Shown here piece by piece: positions 28,141 through 35,979 of a stretch of 35,979 bases of DNA (the stretch's first letter is position 1; every line of letters starts with the position of its first letter). The stretch comes from Pseudomonadota bacterium (GTDB lineage Bacteria > Pseudomonadota > Alphaproteobacteria > Sphingomonadales > Sphingomonadaceae). A program made the translations under genes and the position numbers. The stretch spans positions 1 through 35,979 of the forward strand of contig JAEWKG010000019.1 in NCBI GenBank assembly GCA_023386135.1. The letters are read 5' to 3'. The notes under the pieces were generated by a model. It did no database searches and was not told the DNA's origin. It was given only the letters and a program-made list of their open reading frames with translations.

Positions 28141-28715
28141 GCGACCAGCGCGTAGCGCGCGGCGGGTGGTTTGCGGCACATGCGTTTGTCGGCGCGGGTC
28201 TCCTCGCCGCTGACGATGATGACGTCGGACACCATGATGCACTGCAGCCCGTCGGTATCCTGATCGTTGCGCGCGACCACGGTCGAGGTTCCGGAAACAT
28301 CGGCTCGCGTGCCCGAGGTCCACGCCGCCGACGAGCCGACGGCGACCTCAGCCCCCTCGCCCTCGCCTCGCGTGGCGTCGAGAGTTGCCTGGGCCGCCTG
28401 CTTCTGCTCCTCGGGATCGAGCTTGCAAGCGATCGCAGCGGTCAACTGATCGGTCAGGCCGGAGATCGGCACCCAGCCGCTCACGCCCGCGCGCGAAGCA
28501 GCGCTCCCTGCAACGGAACCGGCAATCGATCCGAAGATCTGCGATCCCACGCTGCGTTTCTTGCCCTTGGGGCAGCCGTTCTCGGTCGGCTCCGACGAGG
28601 ACCGGCCGATGTTGTTCAAAAGTCCGCCGAATTGCGCCTGCGCGGGTACCGCGAGCGAGAGCAGCGCAATCGCGGCTCCGCTCACGCCCAGGCGGCGCGT
28701 TGAATGTTTCCTCAT
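28137..28715 (-). CDS. Secreted protein resembling 17-kDa surface antigen / RT0821-Lpp0805 family
   Basis: Signal peptide (AQA-Q), glycine-zipper-like GSIAGSVAGSAAS, LDPEEQKQAAQAT, W-T-S motif and C-terminal C..C pair. Confidence 0.7.
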   Translation of the reverse strand: MRKHSTRRLGVSGAAIALLSLAVPAQAQFGGLLNNIGRSSSEPTENGCPKGKKRSVGSQIFGSIAGSVAGSAASRAGVSGWVPISGLTDQLTAAIACKLDPEEQKQAAQATLDATRGEGEGAEVAVGSSAAWTSGTRADVSGTSTVVARNDQDTDGLQCIMVSDVIIVSGEETRADKRMCRKPPAARYALVA

Positions 28716-28800
28716 CGGTCTCGACCCCTGCCGTGTCGCTGCGAAGAACGCAGCGTGCGGTCGAAAATTACGCCTTTATCGAGCGTGGGTCAAACCGCGG

Positions 28801-30621
28801 TCAACCGGCCTTTGGATCGACCAGCGCATCGGGGTTGGGAACCGCGGTCTTCGGCTGCTCCATCAGGCGCACGTGCACGTCGCGCAGTTGGCGCGAGGAA
28901 ACCTCGCTCGGCGCGCCCATCATCAGGTCCTGCGCGCGCTGGTTGAGCGGGAAAGCGATCACCTCGCGGATGTTCGGCTCGTCGGCGAGCAGCATGACGA
29001 TGCGGTCGATGCCGGGCGCCGAACCGCCGTGCGGCGGCGCGCCCAATTTGAACGCCTCGATCATGCCCGAGAAATTGGTGTCGACGTCCTCGCGGCTGTA
29101 ACCGGCGACTTCGAACGCCTTGTACATGATGTCGGGCCGGTGGTTCCGGATCGCGCCCGACGACAACTCGTAGCCGTTGCAGACGATGTCGTACTGCCAG
29201 GCGAGGATATCGAGCGGGTCCTTGCTTTCCAGCGCCTCCAGCTCGCCTTGCGGCATGGAGAACGGGTTGTGGCTGAAGTCGACCTTCTTCGCGTCCTCGT
29301 CGTACTCGAACATCGGGAAGTCGACGATCCAGCAGAAATCGAACCGGTCGTCCGGGATCAGGCCCAGCTCCTCGCCCACCCGCGTGCGCGCGGCGCCGGC
29401 GAGCTTGGCGGCGTCCTTTTCCTTGCCGGCGGCGAAGAACAGGCCGTCGTTCTCGCCCAGTCCAAGTTCGGTGTAGAGCGCTTCCATCCCGCTTGTACCG
29501 TGGTTCTTGGCGATCGGGCCGCCGAATTCACCGCCCTTGCGGGTGACGTAGCCGAGGCCGGCAAAGCCTTCGCGGCGCGCCCAGTCGTTCATGTCGTCGA
29601 AGAACTTGCGGCTCTTCTCGGGAGTCGCGGGCGCGGGGATCGCGCGCACCACGCCGCCGCTGCCGACGATCTTCTCGAACAGGCCGAAGCCGGACTGCGT
29701 GAAGTGCTGCGACACGTCGGAAACGATCAACGGGTTGCGCAGGTCGGGCTTGTCGGTGCCGTACTTGAGCATCGCCTCGCGATAGGGGATGCGCGGGAAG
29801 CTCCCCGCCGGGGTCACCGCCTTGCCGTTCGCGAATTCCTCGAACACACCCGCGAGCACCGGCTCGATCGCCTGGAACACGTCCTCCTGGGTGACGAAGC
29901 TCATCTCGAAGTCGAGCTGGTAGAATTCGGGGCTGCGATCGGCGCGCAAGTCTTCGTCGCGGAAGCACGGCGCGATCTGGAAGTAGCGGTCGAAGCCGGC
30001 GACCATCAGCAGCTGCTTGAACATCTGGGGCGCCTGCGGCAGCGCGTAGAAGCGGCCGGGGTGGAGGCGGCTCGGCACGAGGTAGTCGCGCGCGCCCTCG
30101 GGGCTGCTGGCACCGAGGATCGGCGTCTGGAACTCGGTGAAGCCCTGGTCGATCATCCGCCGCCGCAGCGAGGCAATCACGCCCGAGCGCAGCATGATGT
30201 TCTTGTGCACCCGCTCGCGGCGCAGATCGACGAAGCGGTACTTGAGGCGGGTCTCTTCGGGATAGTCTTCCGCCGAGTTGACGATCAGCGGCAGATCGCT
30301 CGCGGTCGATTGTACAGTCACCGCCTTGGCGAACACTTCGATCGCGCCGGTCGGCAGATTGGGATTCACCGCCACGTCGGCGCGCGCCTTGACCGTGCCG
30401 TCGATCGTCACGACCGATTCCAGCCGCAACTTCTCCAGCACCGGCAGCGCCGGGCTGTCGCTGTCGGCGACGATCTGGGTGATGCCGTAGTGATCGCGCA
30501 GGTCGACGAACAGCACGCCGCCGTGGTCACGCTTGTTGTGCACCCAGCCCGACAGGCGGACGTCGTGGCCCACTTCGTTCGCGGTCAAAGCGCCGCAGCT
30601 GTGGGAACGATAGGCGTGCAT
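28801..30621 (-). CDS. aspS: Aspartate--tRNA ligase, probably non-discriminating (Asp/Asn)
   Basis: YRSHSCG, RDHGG (His typical of ND-AspRS), [30 protein letters not shown]. Confidence 0.97.
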   Translation of the reverse strand: MHAYRSHSCGALTANEVGHDVRLSGWVHNKRDHGGVLFVDLRDHYGITQIVADSDSPALPVLEKLRLESVVTIDGTVKARADVAVNPNLPTGAIEVFAKAVTVQSTASDLPLIVNSAEDYPEETRLKYRFVDLRRERVHKNIMLRSGVIASLRRRMIDQGFTEFQTPILGASSPEGARDYLVPSRLHPGRFYALPQAPQMFKQLLMVAGFDRYFQIAPCFRDEDLRADRSPEFYQLDFEMSFVTQEDVFQAIEPVLAGVFEEFANGKAVTPAGSFPRIPYREAMLKYGTDKPDLRNPLIVSDVSQHFTQSGFGLFEKIVGSGGVVRAIPAPATPEKSRKFFDDMNDWARREGFAGLGYVTRKGGEFGGPIAKNHGTSGMEALYTELGLGENDGLFFAAGKEKDAAKLAGAARTRVGEELGLIPDDRFDFCWIVDFPMFEYDEDAKKVDFSHNPFSMPQGELEALESKDPLDILAWQYDIVCNGYELSSGAIRNHRPDIMYKAFEVAGYSREDVDTNFSGMIEAFKLGAPPHGGSAPGIDRIVMLLADEPNIREVIAFPLNQRAQDLMMGAPSEVSSRQLRDVHVRLMEQPKTAVPNPDALVDPKAG

Positions 30622-30776
30622 CTTAAGTCTTTCCAATTAGCGGGGTATGGCGCTAGGGGCGCGGCGCGCGCTTCCCTAGGCGGAAATCGCGCGCGCTAAC
30701 AGGGGAACGGGGGTGCTTTGTCAAGCATCCGGCGGTCCCGGGGGCGGTACTCCGCCCGATGCTAAGAAAAGTACCG

Positions 30777-31991
30777 ATGAAAATACATGATCTGATTACC
30801 ACGACCGACGCGCTCGCCGACCTGTGCAGCCGCCTCGCGAAAGCCGATTTCGTCACGGTCGACACCGAATTCATGCGCGAGAACACCTACTGGCCCGAAC
30901 TGTGCCTGGTGCAGATCGCCGACAGCAACGAAGCCGCCGCGATCGACCCGCTTGCGCCCGGTATCGACCTCGCCCCGCTGCTCGACTTGCTGTGCGAGAA
31001 CGAGGACGTGCTCAAGGTCTTCCACGCCGGCGGGCAGGACGTCGAGATCGTCTACAACCTGACCGGCAAGACCCCGCACCCGATCTTCGACACCCAGATC
31101 GCGATGATGGCGATCAGCCAGTCGGAGCAGATCGGCTACGCCAACCTGGTCGAAAGCTGGCTCGGCTTCACCGTCGACAAGGGCGCGCGCTTCACCGACT
31201 GGAGCCGCCGACCGCTGACCGACCGGCAGATCGAATACGCGATCGGCGACGTCACCCACCTCGCGGTGATCTTTCCGCGCATCCTCAAGAAGCTGATCAA
31301 GACCGGGCGCGGCTCGTGGCTCGACGCCGAGATGGATAAGCTCGCCGACCCGGCGAACTATGCGAACGACGCCGAGGCGGCGTGGGAGCGCATCCGCCCG
31401 CCCAGCCGCAACGCCGCTGTGCTCGGACGCCTGAAGGGTCTCGCCGCGTGGCGCGAGCAGGAAGCGCAGCACAAGAACATCCCGCGCGGCCGGATCATGC
31501 GCGACGAGACGCTCGCCGATCTCGCCAGCCATCCGCCGAAGCAGCAGGGCGACCTCGTCAAAGTGCGCGGCCTCAGCGCGGCTTGGAAGGACAACGACAT
31601 CGGCAAGCGGCTGATGAAGGTGCTCGAAAAGGCCGAGCCGCTCAGCCCCGACGAGATGCCCGACAAGCCCAAGCGCGGCGCGCCGCTGGGCAAGGAAGGC
31701 GTGCTGGTCGCCGACCTGCTCAAGCTGCTGCTCAAGATTCGCAGCCGCGAGATCGATGTGGCCGCGCGGCTGCTGACCCGTAGCGACGAGATGGAAGCGC
31801 TCGCCGCCGGCGTGCGCGACCTGCCGGTGCTCAAGGGCTGGCGTTACGAGGTGTTCGGCAAGGACGCGCTCGAGTTGGTCGAAGGCCGCCTCGGCTTCGG
31901 GGTCGAGAGCGGCCGGCTCAAGATGACGCGGATCGAGGACCAGCCCGAGCCGGCGCCAGAGCAGACAGTCGAGCAGCTGGCGGCGGAGTGA
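30777..31991 (+). CDS. rnd: Ribonuclease D
   Basis: DEDDy motifs VDTEFMRE, VFHAGGQD, YAIGDV, plus TDWSRRPL and an HRDC region (WREQEAQ). Divergent from aspS. Confidence 0.95.
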   Translation: MKIHDLITTTDALADLCSRLAKADFVTVDTEFMRENTYWPELCLVQIADSNEAAAIDPLAPGIDLAPLLDLLCENEDVLKVFHAGGQDVEIVYNLTGKTPHPIFDTQIAMMAISQSEQIGYANLVESWLGFTVDKGARFTDWSRRPLTDRQIEYAIGDVTHLAVIFPRILKKLIKTGRGSWLDAEMDKLADPANYANDAEAAWERIRPPSRNAAVLGRLKGLAAWREQEAQHKNIPRGRIMRDETLADLASHPPKQQGDLVKVRGLSAAWKDNDIGKRLMKVLEKAEPLSPDEMPDKPKRGAPLGKEGVLVADLLKLLLKIRSREIDVAARLLTRSDEMEALAAGVRDLPVLKGWRYEVFGKDALELVEGRLGFGVESGRLKMTRIEDQPEPAPEQTVEQLAAE

Positions 31992-32884
31992 GCACTTACC
32001 TCCCCACCATCAAGCAACTCCAGTACCTCGTCGCGCTGCACGAGCATGGCCACTTCGGCCGCGCGGCGGAGGCGAGCTTCGTTTCGCAATCGACCCTGTC
32101 GGCGGGCCTGCGCGAGCTCGAATCGCTGCTCGGGGTGACGCTGGTCGAGCGTAGTCGGCGCGTGGTGCGCTTCACCCCGCTCGGCGAGCAGGTGGTCGCC
32201 AAGGCGCACCGGCTGCTGCGCGAAGCCGAAGAGCTGTCAGACCTCGTCCAGGCGAGCGGCAAGCCACTGGCGGGCGAGCTGCGGATGAGCGTGATCCCGA
32301 CGATCGCGCCGTTCCTCCTGCCGCGCATCCTCCCCCGCCTGCGCCGCGACCGCCCCGCGCTGAAGCTGTTCCTGCGCGAGGAAACCACCGGCGATGCACT
32401 CGAAAGCCTGCACCACGGCCGCGCCGACTGCGTGCTCCTCGCCCTGCCCTACGCGACCGGCGAGATCGAGCACGCCCACATCGCCGACGACCGCATCTTC
32501 GTCGCCTTCCCCAAGGACGACCCGCGCGATCCGCCCGCCGAGATCCCGCCGGCGATGATCGACCAGGGTCGCCTGCTCATGCTCGAGGATGGCCACTGCC
32601 TGCGCGACCACGCGCTCGCCGCATGCAACCGGCCCGAACTGCGCGCGAGCGCGACGATGATCGGCACCTCGCTCCATACGCTGGTCCAGATGGTCGACAA
32701 CGGCCTCGGCGTGACGATGCTGCCCGAGATGGCGGTCGACGCCGGCATCCTCAACGGCACCGAGGTGGTCGCGCGGCCCCTGAAGGGCGCCGCCGCCAAG
32801 CGCGAGATCGCGCTGATCTGGCGCAAGAACTCGCCGCGCGCTGAGGAATTCAAGCTGCTTGCGGAAGAGCTGCGCGCGGGCTGA
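31988..32884 (+). CDS. oxyR: LysR-family hydrogen peroxide-inducible regulator OxyR
   Basis: LysR HTH (HFGRAAEASFVSQSTLS), IPTIAPFLLP, and DGHCLRDHALAAC with the C-X8-C redox pair. GTGA overlap with rnd. Confidence 0.88.
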   Translation: MSTYLPTIKQLQYLVALHEHGHFGRAAEASFVSQSTLSAGLRELESLLGVTLVERSRRVVRFTPLGEQVVAKAHRLLREAEELSDLVQASGKPLAGELRMSVIPTIAPFLLPRILPRLRRDRPALKLFLREETTGDALESLHHGRADCVLLALPYATGEIEHAHIADDRIFVAFPKDDPRDPPAEIPPAMIDQGRLLMLEDGHCLRDHALAACNRPELRASATMIGTSLHTLVQMVDNGLGVTMLPEMAVDAGILNGTEVVARPLKGAAAKREIALIWRKNSPRAEEFKLLAEELRAG

Positions 32885-32890
32885 GGCCGG

Positions 32891-33313
32891 TCACACGATC
32901 CGGCGGCGCACAACCGTCACGGTGGCACAAGCAGGCGTGCCGTCCTTGCCCGTGCCATTGACCACGATCTCGACGATCCCTTCGCCCGCCAACGCGCGGT
33001 CGAGCATGTCCTGCGGGAGATCGTGGATGTCGATCTTCATCCGCCGCGACCACGGTGAGGCGGCATCGCCCGCCATCTGGCCTATCCGCACGTAGACGAA
33101 CCGCCGAACCGCACCTTCGCGGCGAACCTGGCGTCCGAAGTACTTGGGGCCTGGCCCGATCCGCACGGGAAAATCGAATTCGAGCGACTCGCCGCTGGTC
33201 GACCGCTTGGGATCGAGCGGGCGATCGTCGTCCTGCAGGCTGTGCGGAACGCCCGGCACCGGCTGTTCGACGACGATTCGAAATGGAACCTCAACCTGAT
33301 CGGCGCGCAGCAT
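32891..33313 (-). CDS. Hypothetical protein (DUF5990-like)
   Basis: ATG 8 nt after the pgsA stop. Contains RRFVYVRIGQMAG, WSRRMKIDI, GTGKDGTPACAT. The family name is from memory. Confidence 0.7.
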   Translation of the reverse strand: MLRADQVEVPFRIVVEQPVPGVPHSLQDDDRPLDPKRSTSGESLEFDFPVRIGPGPKYFGRQVRREGAVRRFVYVRIGQMAGDAASPWSRRMKIDIHDLPQDMLDRALAGEGIVEIVVNGTGKDGTPACATVTVVRRRIV

Positions 33314-33321
33314 GGCCGCGC

Positions 33322-33927
33322 TCAGTCCATGTGCTTGAGGCCGACCCGAAGGTAGTCCCACCCGGTGATCAGCGTCAGTACCGCGGCGGCCCACAGGCTG
33401 GCGAGGCCGACGAGGTGGATCCACTGTCCCGACAGCGGCCCGCAATCGCTCCGCACGATGCAGGGCGCGCCGTGCACCGCGCCGCCGAGGATAAGCGCGC
33501 CTAGGCTGACGAGCTGAAAGGTCGTCTTCCACTTGGCCAAGCGCGAGACCGGGATCGACACCTTCAGCGGCCCCAGGAATTCACGCAGGCCGGAAACCGC
33601 GATCTCGCGAATCAGGATGATCAGGCCGGCGATGACGTGGAGGTCCCCCACGTAGGGCCCGCGCATGTACCCTTGCGCCGCGAGCACCAGGATCACCGCC
33701 GCGACCATGATCTTGTCGGCGATCGGGTCGAGGAACTGGCCGAGCTTGCTCACCGTCCCCTGCGCGCGGGCGAGGTACCCGTCGAGATAATCGGTGAAGC
33801 CGATGATGCAGTAGAGCACGAAGCCTATACCGTAGCCGAGCCGCCATTCAGGCCACCACAGCAGGAACGCCAGCAGCGGCACCGCGAAGATGCGGCTCAT
33901 CGTCAGCAGGTTGGGCAGCGACATCAT
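33322..33927 (-). CDS. pgsA: CDP-diacylglycerol--glycerol-3-phosphate 3-phosphatidyltransferase
   Basis: LPNLLTMSRI, CDP-alcohol motif DYLDGYLAR..GQFLDPIADK, REIAVSGLRE, KWKTTFQ. Start is 33927 or 33924. Confidence 0.95.
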   Translation of the reverse strand: MMSLPNLLTMSRIFAVPLLAFLLWWPEWRLGYGIGFVLYCIIGFTDYLDGYLARAQGTVSKLGQFLDPIADKIMVAAVILVLAAQGYMRGPYVGDLHVIAGLIILIREIAVSGLREFLGPLKVSIPVSRLAKWKTTFQLVSLGALILGGAVHGAPCIVRSDCGPLSGQWIHLVGLASLWAAAVLTLITGWDYLRVGLKHMD

Positions 33928-34037
33928 GTGCTGTCGCCCTAGCCCAGCGGACGCCGGTGCAAAAGCCGCCTTTGCCCTTGTCGCCGACAAGCGAGGCGCT
34001 AGACCGCTTCGCCGGAGAGGCAATTGCAAGGGGCCGC

Positions 34038-35342
34038 ATGACCGTATCCACGCACATGCTGCGCCGCCGGCGCTTCCTGCCATTGTTCGTCACCCAGCTT
34101 CTGGGCGCTTTCAACGACAATCTCTACAAGACCGCGATGGTGCTGTTCGTGGTCTACAGCATCTACAATTCCGAAGAGGCCGAAGGGATGTTCAGCGCGG
34201 TCGCATCGGCCGTGTTCATCATCCCGTTCTTCCTGTTCTCCGCCCTCGCCGGGCAGCTCGCCGCCATGCGCGACAAGGCCAAGATCATCCGCATCGTGAA
34301 GGCGTGCGAGATCGGGATCATGAGCGTCGGCGCGATCGGGCTGACGCTGGCGTGGAAGGGCATCGGGGTGCACGCGCTCGCCATTCCGCTGATGATGGCG
34401 GCACTGTTCGCGATGGGCGTGCATTCGACCTTCTTCGGGCCGATCAAGTACGCGATCCTGCCGCAGCATTTGCACGAGAACGAGGTGCTCGCCGGCACGG
34501 GGCTGGTCGAGGCCGGGACCTACATCGCGATCCTGTTCGGTACCATCCTGGCGGGCTGGATCCCGGTCGAGGCGGCAGCGGCGGGCGTGATCGTCACCGC
34601 GCTGCTCGGCTACGTGGTGTCGCGCCAGGTACCCTCGGCGCCCGCGCAGGGCGAGATCGAGCCGCTCGATTTCCACTTCGTCCGCAGCTCGATCGCGCTG
34701 GTGCGCAACACTTCGCACGACCGCCGCGTGTTTCTCGCGATCATGGCGATCAGCTTCTTCTGGACCATCGGCGCGGTGCTGTTCATCCAGTTTCCGCCGC
34801 TCGCCAAGAACGTGCTGACCGCCAGCAAGGAAGTCGCCAGCCTGTTCCTGGTGATCTTCTCGGTCGGCGTCGCGATCGGTTCGGTGTCGGTGAACGCACT
34901 GCTCAAGGGCACCGTCTCGGCGCGCTATTCGCCGTGGTCGGTGATCGCGATGGGCGCGTTCGTGCTGGCGTTCTATTTCGTCTGCCGCGCGTGGACGCCC
35001 GACGCGACCGGCCTGATGAACGTCGGCGAGTTCGTCGCGCATCCGTTGGCGGTGCCGCTGCTGCTGTGCCTGCTCGGCATCGCGATCGCCGGGGGGATGT
35101 TCGTGGTGCCGCTCTACGCGTTCCTGACCACCTTCGTGCCCAAGACGCAGACCGCGCGGACGATCGCGGCGAACAACATCGTCAATTCGGGCGCGATGGT
35201 GGTGGGATCGCTGCTCGCAACCGGGCTGTCGGCGATCGGGCTCGACATCGTCCATCACCTGCTGCTGAGCGCGGCGATGTGCCTGATGTCGGCGTATCTC
35301 GGATTGTTGCTGCTACGCGCCGAGCGCGCCGCGCTCGCTTAG
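34038..35342 (+). CDS. MFS transporter, LplT/Aas-associated lysophospholipid-transporter-like
   Basis: RRFLPLFVTQLLGAFNDNLYK, FFGPIKYAILPQHL, VVPLYA, RTIAANNIVNS, about 12 TM segments. Confidence 0.85.
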   Translation: MTVSTHMLRRRRFLPLFVTQLLGAFNDNLYKTAMVLFVVYSIYNSEEAEGMFSAVASAVFIIPFFLFSALAGQLAAMRDKAKIIRIVKACEIGIMSVGAIGLTLAWKGIGVHALAIPLMMAALFAMGVHSTFFGPIKYAILPQHLHENEVLAGTGLVEAGTYIAILFGTILAGWIPVEAAAAGVIVTALLGYVVSRQVPSAPAQGEIEPLDFHFVRSSIALVRNTSHDRRVFLAIMAISFFWTIGAVLFIQFPPLAKNVLTASKEVASLFLVIFSVGVAIGSVSVNALLKGTVSARYSPWSVIAMGAFVLAFYFVCRAWTPDATGLMNVGEFVAHPLAVPLLLCLLGIAIAGGMFVVPLYAFLTTFVPKTQTARTIAANNIVNSGAMVVGSLLATGLSAIGLDIVHHLLLSAAMCLMSAYLGLLLLRAERAALA

Positions 35343-35530
35343 GCGATGAACACCGCCACGGCGGCGAGGCACGCGAAGTAGGCGCTCACGAACCCCTGCA
35401 CGTCGTCCCGCGTTATCACCCACGAGGGGCGCGTCGCGACAACCGCGTTGTGATGGCAGACGTGCGGCGGAAGCGAGGCCCGGAACGGGTGGCGGGCGGC
35501 TTCATCGGTGAGGACAAGGGAGCGTCGCAT
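35339..35530 (-). CDS. Small hypothetical protein with a C-terminal hydrophobic helix
   Basis: 63 aa ending DDVQGFVSAYFACLAAVAVFIA. Stop overlaps the MFS stop by 4 nt. Start uncertain, no SD. Confidence 0.5.
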   Translation of the reverse strand: MRRSLVLTDEAARHPFRASLPPHVCHHNAVVATRPSWVITRDDVQGFVSAYFACLAAVAVFIA

Positions 35531-35640
35531 GGCGAATGTCTTAACGGGCCGGAAACCATTGCGCTCCCCGGATTTCCGGGCCTGTCGCGCGGTGGGACGT
35601 TAAGCTTGTTCGTTGACGACGCTTGTTCCTTGTCCACAGC

Positions 35641-35668
35641 AAAAGGGCCGCCCGACGCCGGGCGGCCC
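35641..35668 (-). terminator. Intrinsic terminator of csbD
   Basis: Minus strand GGGCCGCCCG-GCGT-CGGGCGGCCC-TTTT. Confidence 0.85.
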
Positions 35669-35693
35669 GTCCAATTCAGCAGGTGTGGTGGGC

Positions 35694-35864
35694 TCAGACC
35701 TTGTCGCCGAACGCGCCCTTGACCGCGCCCTTGAAGTTCTGCGCCTCGCCCTTGGTTTCCTGCGCGGCACCTTCGGCACGGGTGTCGGGATCGTCCGACA
35801 TCTGCTTCGCGTTGCCGGCCAGTTCGTTGGCGATGCCCTTCGCCTTGTCCTTCAGTTCGCCCAT
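35694..35864 (-). CDS. csbD: CsbD-family general stress protein (56 aa, absent from ORF track)
   Basis: Hand translation MGELKDKAKGIANELAGNAKQMSDDPDTRAEGAAQETKGEAQNFKGAVKGAFGDKV. GGAG RBS, own terminator and EcfG promoter. Confidence 0.9.
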   Translation of the reverse strand: MGELKDKAKGIANELAGNAKQMSDDPDTRAEGAAQETKGEAQNFKGAVKGAFGDKV

Positions 35865-35919
35865 GGGAACGTCTCCGAGTTAGGTGCGGCGGCGCGATTG
35901 CCACCGTCTCGGATCATTC

Positions 35920-35944
35920 AACCAATGGGAATCGCGGGCGTTCC
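35920..35944 (-). promoter_or_regulatory. EcfG (sigmaT/RpoE2) general-stress-response promoter
   Basis: Minus strand GGAAC-N16-GGTT upstream of csbD, matching the alphaproteobacterial GGAAC-N16/17-(C/G)GTT consensus. Confidence 0.8.
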
Positions 35945-35979
35945 GGGCAATCAGGCCTTGGCGAGCGACAGAATATGGT

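Overview
High-GC alphaproteobacterial chromosomal window. The gene content and order point to Sphingomonadales, probably Erythrobacteraceae-like; this is an inference. The left two-thirds (1-24.1 kb) is dominated by lipid/ester and acyl-CoA metabolism: MFS permease, Cys-rich TonB-dependent receptor, tandem-TetR regulator, acyl-CoA ligase, family VIII esterase, FadB-like enzyme, a non-canonical thiolase-like protein bracketed by CGTC-REP doublets, acs, a monoglyceride-lipase-like hydrolase, an acyl-CoA dehydrogenase, kynU, an APH-like kinase with a small partner gene (LvaAB-like), an FMN reductase and glpD. This block is interrupted by a trimeric autotransporter adhesin with an AT-rich upstream region and a downstream GTAG-REP doublet. 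The right third is mostly core genome: tRNA-Met, 2H phosphoesterase, mltG, fabF, acpP, two coupled secreted hypotheticals, aspS, rnd, oxyR, a hypothetical, pgsA, an LplT/Aas-like MFS, a small membrane protein, and csbD with an EcfG-type promoter. I saw no CRISPR array, transposase, integrase or phage gene. The best candidates for something undescribed are the LvaABC-like kinase/ACAD module within a lipid-catabolic island, the secreted ClpP-fold/surface-antigen pair, and GANTC-containing control of the adhesin. All three are hypotheses. No database searches were run, so family names come from motif recognition.
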